DNA of 27,164 nt from a virus (Duplodnaviria > Caudoviricetes): the IMG/VR virus record IMGVR_UViG_3300005512_000273, positions 1-27,164 of that record; one strand, 5' to 3'. The first letter of the stretch is position 1; each line of letters starts with the position of its first letter. Both the position numbers and the translations under genes were made by a program. This document shows, one piece after another, positions 1 to 6,685 of the stretch. Under the pieces are notes generated by a model, which was given only the letters and a program-made list of their open reading frames with translations, searched no databases and was not told the origin of the DNA.

Positions 1-53
1 AATCCACCGGCAAAGTCTTTGCGGTCAAGGTTAAAACCCTTGATAATCAAGCT

Positions 54-269
54 ATGAGATGCCCAAACCAAATGTGCAAGCACACTAAGTTAAAAGTCAT
101 CGACACCATCGGGTGGCTTGAATCGGTTGTGCTGAGGACAAGGCGCTGTGAAAAGTGTGGGTTTTCTTTTTCGACGACGGAAACAATCGATAAAGATGGC
201 GACTATATAGACAGGATCAGGGCATATGAAGGCGCTGACGAAAGGCTGACAAATGACGGCGAAAGATAG
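54..269 (+). CDS. NrdR-like zinc-ribbon protein without ATP-cone; putative phage regulator
   Basis: MRCPNQMC...KVIDT...RTRRCEKCGFSFSTTE follows the NrdR N-terminal pattern (CPxC..TKVIDSR..RRRRxCxxC..RFTTxE); only 71 aa. Confidence 0.7.
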   Translation: MRCPNQMCKHTKLKVIDTIGWLESVVLRTRRCEKCGFSFSTTETIDKDGDYIDRIRAYEGADERLTNDGER

Positions 270-633
270 ACACAGGCACGTTATGCTTGATTATTGGGGC
301 AATCCTGACAATGAGTTTATCAGCCGGACCGATATGTACAGAAGTATTCTTAAGATCAGGAGACAGACGTTTTACAAGCATTTCACTCCTGTTGAGCTTT
401 CAAAAATCGAGCATGACGCGCTCGAGCTGAGGAAACAGAATTCAAGCAGGGATCGTGCAGAAGTTTACAAGGCCCTTACCGAGCAGGCCAAGGCGGGTAA
501 GGTTAGAGCAATCAAAGAATTCCTCGACAGAATAGAGGGTAAGGTTATTGACAGACAGAAAATAGACTTTGGGGAAGACACAATCAAAAACGCTTTGTTG
601 AGCATTGACAGGATGCGGCAGGGCAAGTCTTGA
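253..633 (+). CDS. Putative terminase small subunit
   Basis: 126 aa, overlaps TerL start; HTH-like ISRTDMYRSILKIRRQTFYKHF and the helix ALTEQAKAGKVRAIKEFLDRIEGK seen in TerS-like proteins. Confidence 0.65.
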   Translation: MTAKDRHRHVMLDYWGNPDNEFISRTDMYRSILKIRRQTFYKHFTPVELSKIEHDALELRKQNSSRDRAEVYKALTEQAKAGKVRAIKEFLDRIEGKVIDRQKIDFGEDTIKNALLSIDRMRQGKS

Positions 634-2021
634 ATTTTCACGACAAAATCATAGACCTTACGATTGGTTATCAAGCCGATCCTCAAGCGTTCATCCGCGA
701 AATTATTCTGGCAGATCCGACAGAACAGCAATCCTCCCTGGTTACAGCAATCGCGACCCCAGGGGCTCACGTTTCAATACGGTCCGGCCATGGCACCGGG
801 AAGACAACGAGCCTATCTTGGGTTGTCCTCTGGTTCCTATCCTGTTTCCCCAACGCTAAAATCCCGTGTACCGCGCCGACAGGCCACCAGCTTTTCGACC
901 TTTTATGGCCGGAAATCCATAAATGGCGTGATCGGATGCATTCGCCATGGAGGCAGGCAATCAAAATCACTGCAGACAGGGTGGCAATAACGGGGATGGA
1001 GAAAACACAGTTCGCGGTTGCCAGGACGGCCAGGCCAGAAAACCCGGAAGCATTACAAGGGTTCCATGCAGACAACCTTCTTTTTCTGATTGACGAGGCA
1101 AGCGGGGTCCCGGAAAAGGTGTTCGAGGTCGCAGAAGGCGCGTTATCAACAAAAAATGCAAGGGTTATCATGACCGGAAACCCCACCAGGACAGACGGGT
1201 ATTTTTTTAGATCGCACCACCAGGACCGGGCCTTGTGGGACACTCTGCATTTTAACTGCCTTGGGTCTCCGCTCGTAGACCCGTTATATCCACAGCAAAT
1301 GGCCCAGAAGTATGGCGAGGACTCTAATATTTACAGGGTGCGCGTTCTGGGGGAATTCCCAAAAGCGTCGGATGATGTGCTGATTCCATTGTATCTGATT
1401 GAGGACGCAGTGGGTCGTGATGTCGAGTTCCCAATATCAGAGACAATCGCGGCCCTTGACGTTGCGCGGTTTGGTGATGATGCCAACGCGTTTCTAATCC
1501 GCAAGGGTTTGTCAGTGAATTATATCGAAGAGTGGCGCAACAAGGACCTGATGCAGACAACAGGCAAAATCGTTGAGGCGTATCGAAAAAAGATGTTTGA
1601 CCGGATTATGGTTGATTCAATTGGTCTCGGGGCCGGGGTCGTTGACCGTCTGATCGAAATGAATGTCCCGGCAATAGCGGTCAATGTGGCCGAGTCTTCA
1701 GCACAAAAAGAAAATTTCAGCAGACTTCGGGACCAGTTATGGTGGGCCTGCCGAGAATTTTTTACAGAAAAACAGGGCAGGATTGACCCGTGGGTTGATC
1801 ACTTGGATGATTTAATAGGGGAACTTTCCGCTGTTCGGTACAAAATTTTGTCGAACGGGAAGATTAAGATTGAGGACAAAGACGAGATGAAAAAACGAGG
1901 GCTACTCAGCCCAAACATTGCGGACGCTCTTTGCTTGACTTTTGCCGAGGGTGTAAGCCCACGGGCAAGGCAGATATCATCTGTTCCGGTCGTGAGGCAG
2001 GCGTCGGGAGGATGGACATAA
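630..2021 (+). CDS. terL: Terminase large subunit
   Basis: Walker A SGHGTGKT, Walker B LFLIDEASG, coupling motif TGNP, nuclease motifs LDVARFGDD and SPNIADAL; TTG start overlaps the upstream stop. Confidence 0.95.
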   Translation: MNFHDKIIDLTIGYQADPQAFIREIILADPTEQQSSLVTAIATPGAHVSIRSGHGTGKTTSLSWVVLWFLSCFPNAKIPCTAPTGHQLFDLLWPEIHKWRDRMHSPWRQAIKITADRVAITGMEKTQFAVARTARPENPEALQGFHADNLLFLIDEASGVPEKVFEVAEGALSTKNARVIMTGNPTRTDGYFFRSHHQDRALWDTLHFNCLGSPLVDPLYPQQMAQKYGEDSNIYRVRVLGEFPKASDDVLIPLYLIEDAVGRDVEFPISETIAALDVARFGDDANAFLIRKGLSVNYIEEWRNKDLMQTTGKIVEAYRKKMFDRIMVDSIGLGAGVVDRLIEMNVPAIAVNVAESSAQKENFSRLRDQLWWACREFFTEKQGRIDPWVDHLDDLIGELSAVRYKILSNGKIKIEDKDEMKKRGLLSPNIADALCLTFAEGVSPRARQISSVPVVRQASGGWT

Positions 2022-2269
2022 TGAACGATGCCACCGGTTGTAAGGCGCTATGGTCGGCTGTGATGTCCCGGGCAATCCTGGACGTGAGGAAGAAACCCAG
2101 GGCGTCGATGCGGCCTGCACAGAAGAACGGGGCCGGATATTTGAAACGGACGGCGGAAACATGGCTCACAGCGAAACAGAATAAAGACGCCGGGTCCTTT
2201 CTTTGGGTGTGTGAATCCCTTGAAATCGACCCGGACAGAACACGAAAATTAATTTTTAAGGCAGACTGA
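2021..2269 (+). CDS. Hypothetical phage protein (82 aa)
   Basis: TAATG stop/start overlap with terL and GGAGGA RBS favour the ATG at 2021 over the track start at 1931; LWSAV...AILD...W...SFLWVCESLEIDPD pattern resembles a recurring small phage protein family. Confidence 0.65.
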   Translation: MNDATGCKALWSAVMSRAILDVRKKPRASMRPAQKNGAGYLKRTAETWLTAKQNKDAGSFLWVCESLEIDPDRTRKLIFKAD

Positions 2270-2318
2270 ATTCCAGGGTGTAGCGGCGCTCTGAAACCAG
2301 GACAGGAGACACATATAC

Positions 2319-4460
2319 ATGATTGAGTTTAAGACCAACCAGCAACTTGACGCCGAGGAAGCCGCTCAAGCCAAGGCAGACAAGGAAGCCAAGGACCGGC
2401 AGCAAAGAGCCGTCGTCACGTCGTTGGCTTCATACGTTCGTGATTGCTGGGAAGCGGCTAAAGAGGCCAAGGTTGATATTGAAAAAAGAATGATTGACTC
2501 GCTTCGGAGCAAGAACGGAATATATTCTCCGTCAAAGCTGGCAGAAATCCAAAAGCACGGCGGGTCTGAAATATTCATGATGCTGACGGACGAAAAATGC
2601 ACGGCGGTTTCGTCGTGGCTGTCCGACATTCTTTTTCCTGCCGGAGAGGAACCATGGGCAATCAAGCCGACGCCGGTCCCGGAGCTGAGACCGGAAAAAG
2701 TGATGGAGCTTAAACAACACATCGTCGGGGAGGCACAGACCTATATTAAGGAGGACGCCATTGCCGCCGTTTACGCCGGTGAGATCAAGACGGAAACGCA
2801 ATTCAAGGATTATATGTTGTCTGCTATGCAGGACCGGCTTGAAGAAATGTCAGATGATATCCGCACGGAAATGGAGAAGGCAGCAAAAGAAGCCCGGGAC
2901 AAGATAGAGACCAAACTAAAAGACGTGGTGATCGAGTCTGGATGGAGAGAAGCCGTGAAAGAATCTCTTGATGATATTGCCACGTTCCCGGCAGGGATTG
3001 TCAAGGGGCCGGTGCTGCGGAGAAAGAAACGGCTGAAATGGAAGAGCGGGTATCAGGACCAGGATCAGATGGACAAGGGATACCAGGGCTTTCAAACGTC
3101 GCCTGCAGAGGTGGTCGAAGAGGTCCGGATTGACTTCAACCGGGTCAGCCCGTTTGATATTTATCCCCTGCCGAATGCCAGGACGCCGGAAGACGGCATA
3201 ATCGAACGTCACAGACTGACACGGCGGTATCTCACTTCTCTTATCGGTGTCCAGGGGTATGACAATGACGCAATCCGTATGGTTCTCCAGGATTACGGCA
3301 ATTCCGGTCAATCTACCTGGCTGTCCATTGCGAACGATCAGACCCGGCAGACCCTGGAAAACAGGCCCAACGAGTGGAGATCCCCTGAAACTATGATTGA
3401 TGCCCTGCAGTTCTGGGGCAATGTCCAGGGGTTGAAACTGCTTCAGTACGGCATGAGTCCTGAAGCGGTCCAGGACCCGTTTGCCGATTACGCGGTCGAG
3501 GTCTGGCTGATCGGCAACTATGTGATCAAGGCCGAGATCAACGGCGATCCCATGGGCCGGGTGCCCTACAATTTTGCATCTTTTCGGAAGCAGAACGGCA
3601 GTATTTGGGGGAAGGGTCCACCCGAGGTGTTCAAGGACTCCCAGGATGCCTGCAACGCTGCAGCAAGGAACCTGATCAATAATATGGGAATAGCTTCAGG
3701 CCCACAGGTGACCGTGGACGTTTCTCAGTTGCCGGCGGGAGCGAATATTACCGATTTGTACCCGTGGAAAATCCACCAGGTCAATACCGAGTCGGCCATG
3801 GGGTCTGGCGCGAACAAGCCGCCCATATCGTTTTTTGTACCTCCTACGGTGGCCAATGAGCTGATCGGGGTTTACAAGTTCTTTTCCGAGGAAGCAGACA
3901 ACAAAACGGGTGTCCCGAAATATTCATATGGTGGTGAGGCCAAGGGCGGCGCATTGGGCACGGCGACCGGCTTTTCAATGATGATGGGCAACGCAGCCCG
4001 GGGAATCAAGCACGTTGTCGGAAATATCGACGCCGGGATTATCAAGCCTACGATTGAGCGGACCCATGAGTTTCAAATCATGTTTTTCCGGGACCCGGAA
4101 TATTTTATCGGGGATATCAAGGTGATTGCCCGTGGATCGTCTGCCATGGTTGCAAAGGAACAGGCAGCCGTAAGGCGCAACGAACTCCTGCAGATTGCCG
4201 TACAATCGCCGGATGTCATGGCGGTTATCGGCCAGGTCGGGCTTGCATCGATGCTGCATGAGATTTTCAAGTCGGCGGATTTTAAGGATGACGAGATTGT
4301 ACCGGCTAAAAAAGAAATGCTGCGACGAGAACGTCAGCAGCAGATGGCAATGGAACAGCAGGCCCAGATTGAGCAGCAATCACAGGCAGGCGATGGGGTT
4401 GGTCCAGAAACAGACCCGGCAGGTAATGTGGCCGGAGGAAGGGATGTAAGGACGGTATGA
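2319..4460 (+). CDS. Portal protein
   Basis: 713 aa after TerL, AGGAG RBS; GIVKGP, RVSPFDIYP, WGKGPPE, D.QD.CNAAARNLINN..IASGPQV and TATGFSMMM motifs typical of podovirus portals; Q-rich C-terminus. Confidence 0.9.
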   Translation: MIEFKTNQQLDAEEAAQAKADKEAKDRQQRAVVTSLASYVRDCWEAAKEAKVDIEKRMIDSLRSKNGIYSPSKLAEIQKHGGSEIFMMLTDEKCTAVSSWLSDILFPAGEEPWAIKPTPVPELRPEKVMELKQHIVGEAQTYIKEDAIAAVYAGEIKTETQFKDYMLSAMQDRLEEMSDDIRTEMEKAAKEARDKIETKLKDVVIESGWREAVKESLDDIATFPAGIVKGPVLRRKKRLKWKSGYQDQDQMDKGYQGFQTSPAEVVEEVRIDFNRVSPFDIYPLPNARTPEDGIIERHRLTRRYLTSLIGVQGYDNDAIRMVLQDYGNSGQSTWLSIANDQTRQTLENRPNEWRSPETMIDALQFWGNVQGLKLLQYGMSPEAVQDPFADYAVEVWLIGNYVIKAEINGDPMGRVPYNFASFRKQNGSIWGKGPPEVFKDSQDACNAAARNLINNMGIASGPQVTVDVSQLPAGANITDLYPWKIHQVNTESAMGSGANKPPISFFVPPTVANELIGVYKFFSEEADNKTGVPKYSYGGEAKGGALGTATGFSMMMGNAARGIKHVVGNIDAGIIKPTIERTHEFQIMFFRDPEYFIGDIKVIARGSSAMVAKEQAAVRRNELLQIAVQSPDVMAVIGQVGLASMLHEIFKSADFKDDEIVPAKKEMLRRERQQQMAMEQQAQIEQQSQAGDGVGPETDPAGNVAGGRDVRTV

Positions 4461-4816
4461 CACAGATTGAGGCTGAGAAGGCGGCAAGGAAGTGGCAAAA
4501 ACGATTAGGGTTACTTGATTGGTATATCACTATTTGTTTCCGTGATGCCAGGGACATGGACCAATACCCGGCAAGAACGAAGATCCAGCAGAATACACAG
4601 CACGCTGATATCCGCCTGATGATGCCGGAAGACCGGCAGAAGTCGGACCCGCAAGACGGCAATATTGAACTGGATATCGTACACGAACTGGTCCATGTCC
4701 GTTTGTGGGCAATTGATCCTCTTGACGCGGAAGGAGCCCTTTATACCTGCAGGGAGCAGGCGATTGAATGGATTGCCAGGGCATTGATATCAAGTGAATA
4801 CCAGAAGGAAGGATAA
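4457..4816 (+). CDS. Small HExxH (zincin-like) protein
   Basis: WQKRLGLLDWYI and IVHELVHVRL with a downstream E (EQAIE); ATGA overlap with portal. Confidence 0.6.
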   Translation: MTQIEAEKAARKWQKRLGLLDWYITICFRDARDMDQYPARTKIQQNTQHADIRLMMPEDRQKSDPQDGNIELDIVHELVHVRLWAIDPLDAEGALYTCREQAIEWIARALISSEYQKEG

Positions 4817-4819
4817 ACC

Positions 4820-5248
4820 ATGGCAATGATCGACCATAACACCACGCTTGGGGACCTGAACGACCTGGACCGGGACAACTTTGACAATTTAATGAGGAAC
4901 GCCAAGACATACCGGTTTGAAACGCCAAAGGAGGCCCAGAACTTTATGGGCGTATGTGTGGATAAGGCACTGAGGAAATGCGGCGTCAAGATCAATCCGA
5001 GCATGGACGGGCACCGTATTGGGCGCCTGATGACATCCAGGCAGGCCAAAGTTGAGCATCGCGTCTATGACGACAAGGAAGAGTATGACCTGTGCAACAG
5101 GACCGGCAAAACGCCGTATCAGACAGGTTTGTATATTTACAGCCGAAAAGAGATTGCCGCGTTTGTGTCCAGCCCTTTCAGGCATAATGGTCTGGTACAA
5201 ATGCCAGGGATCTATGTCCGGACAACTGTGCCAAAGGTTATGGCATGA
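4820..5248 (+). CDS. Hypothetical protein
   Basis: 142 aa, AAGGA RBS, tightly packed in the operon; no motif recognised. Confidence 0.6.
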   Translation: MAMIDHNTTLGDLNDLDRDNFDNLMRNAKTYRFETPKEAQNFMGVCVDKALRKCGVKINPSMDGHRIGRLMTSRQAKVEHRVYDDKEEYDLCNRTGKTPYQTGLYIYSRKEIAAFVSSPFRHNGLVQMPGIYVRTTVPKVMA

Positions 5249-5490
5249 ACAAGTTTGACCTGAATGTCAGGGCAGACAAGGAAGTTGTCCGTGCGGTCGC
5301 AAAGCTGCAGTTCCAGGATGACTTTAAAATATACTCGTCGTACCTGCAGGGCGAACTCGACGCCTTAAGAAAACAGACAGACACGGCCACGGGCGACCTT
5401 TTGAAATGGTTCCAGGGCCGGGCACAAATGCTGCAAATGCTGGTTGACTTACCGGAAATGTGCCGCGATATCATCAAAAAATCCAACTGA
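5245..5490 (+). CDS. Small head-module protein preceding the scaffold gene
   Basis: 81 aa helical protein, ATGA overlap, WFQGRAQML motif typical of small genes between portal and scaffold. Confidence 0.6.
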   Translation: MNKFDLNVRADKEVVRAVAKLQFQDDFKIYSSYLQGELDALRKQTDTATGDLLKWFQGRAQMLQMLVDLPEMCRDIIKKSN

Positions 5491-5519
5491 AACCCCTCCT
5501 TTTATCTATATACCCCTAT

Positions 5520-5645
5520 GTGGGTGGCGTGTTATTGCCACATTCCACCCACCCAATTTACAGTGACGGTAGCCGGATACCTTGCGCCAATAGGCGCAGG
5601 ACCCACCAAAACTTTTTATAGCGCGATACCCATCAAAGGACCGCG
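5520..5645 (+). promoter_or_regulatory. Structured leader upstream of scaffold gene: three hairpins, two sharing GATACC...GGACC
   Basis: GTGGGTGG/CCACCCAC (5520-5552); GATACC-TTGCGCC-AATA-GGCGCA-GGACC (5576-5603); CGC-GATACC-CATCAAA-GGACC-GCG (5622-5645) next to the RBS. Confidence 0.5.
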
Positions 5646-5656
5646 AAAGGAAAAAG

Positions 5657-6673
5657 ATGCAGCTACCGAATGCCGTAAAAAAAGCCGCTGAGAACTCAGA
5701 GGCAATGGCAAAACAACTGAGAGAAGGAAAGCCCCAGGATCGTTACGGGACCACTCCGCAGGTCGGAACCCCGAAAGATGGCCAACGGGAGACTTTGCCG
5801 AAAAAGGTTGATGACCAGACCAACAAGCCTGCAGACACTCCGCAGAACAGCCAGACGCAACAACCAAAAGAGGACGAAGAAACTTACAAACAGCGATATT
5901 TCACGCTTAAGGGAAAGTTTGATTCAGAAGTCCCAAGGTTACAGCAGGATGTCCGGAACCTACAGCAATACCTGTCTGATCTGAAAAAAGAAAATGAGCA
6001 GCTTATGGAAGCTGCAAACAACCCCAACAACAAAGATCCCGTGAATGAAGGAAAGTCGTCTTCCCTTGACCCGGAAGTGTTCAAAGAGTATGGCGAGGAT
6101 TTTGGTGCCCTTGTCGAAACCATCCAGACGGTCCAGGCCGAGAACAAAACCTTGAAAAAGGAGTTGTCCAGGCTTTCCGGGGATGTGTCTCAGTCAAGGG
6201 AAAGCCAGCAGGCAAGGGTTTACAATGATTATCTGGGCCAGGTGAAGGCGCAGCTCTCATCCGGCTTCAATGTCGAGTTTGACACGATCAACAGTGACCC
6301 CAACTTTCTTAACTTTTTGAGGCAACACGCCGGGAATGAGAGTGAACCCCGGTTTGCCAAGCTGAAAAAGGCCGAGGCCAACTGCGACCTTCCATCCACC
6401 ATGGCGATCTTTAAAGAATATTTAGGCAACCCGTCCCGGCAGAACGGCCAGGATAACTTGCCAGCACCCAACCTTCAACCCAACCCGAAGAACACCGGCA
6501 CTGACTTGAATCCGCCTGCGCCTGCCGCGAGTACGCGCACATGGACAAGGAAAAGCATTGCACAGTTTTACAAAGATAAAACAGCCGGGATGTTCAACGG
6601 ACGTGAGGATGAGGCGAAACTGCTGGAACAAGATATCTTCCTGGCCCCACAGCAGGGGAGAGTGGTGGCCTGA
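5657..6673 (+). CDS. Capsid scaffolding protein
   Basis: Directly upstream of MCP; low-complexity N-terminus, YKQRYFTLKGKFDSEVPRL followed by coiled coil, C-terminal WTRKSIAQFY...LEQDIFLAPQQGRV. Confidence 0.8.
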   Translation: MQLPNAVKKAAENSEAMAKQLREGKPQDRYGTTPQVGTPKDGQRETLPKKVDDQTNKPADTPQNSQTQQPKEDEETYKQRYFTLKGKFDSEVPRLQQDVRNLQQYLSDLKKENEQLMEAANNPNNKDPVNEGKSSSLDPEVFKEYGEDFGALVETIQTVQAENKTLKKELSRLSGDVSQSRESQQARVYNDYLGQVKAQLSSGFNVEFDTINSDPNFLNFLRQHAGNESEPRFAKLKKAEANCDLPSTMAIFKEYLGNPSRQNGQDNLPAPNLQPNPKNTGTDLNPPAPAASTRTWTRKSIAQFYKDKTAGMFNGREDEAKLLEQDIFLAPQQGRVVA

Positions 6674-6685
6674 TAGGAGACTATC

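Noticed and set aside
630-4460. Inteins or introns in terminase or portal
   Set aside because: Both ORFs are continuous, of ordinary length, and lack intein splice motifs
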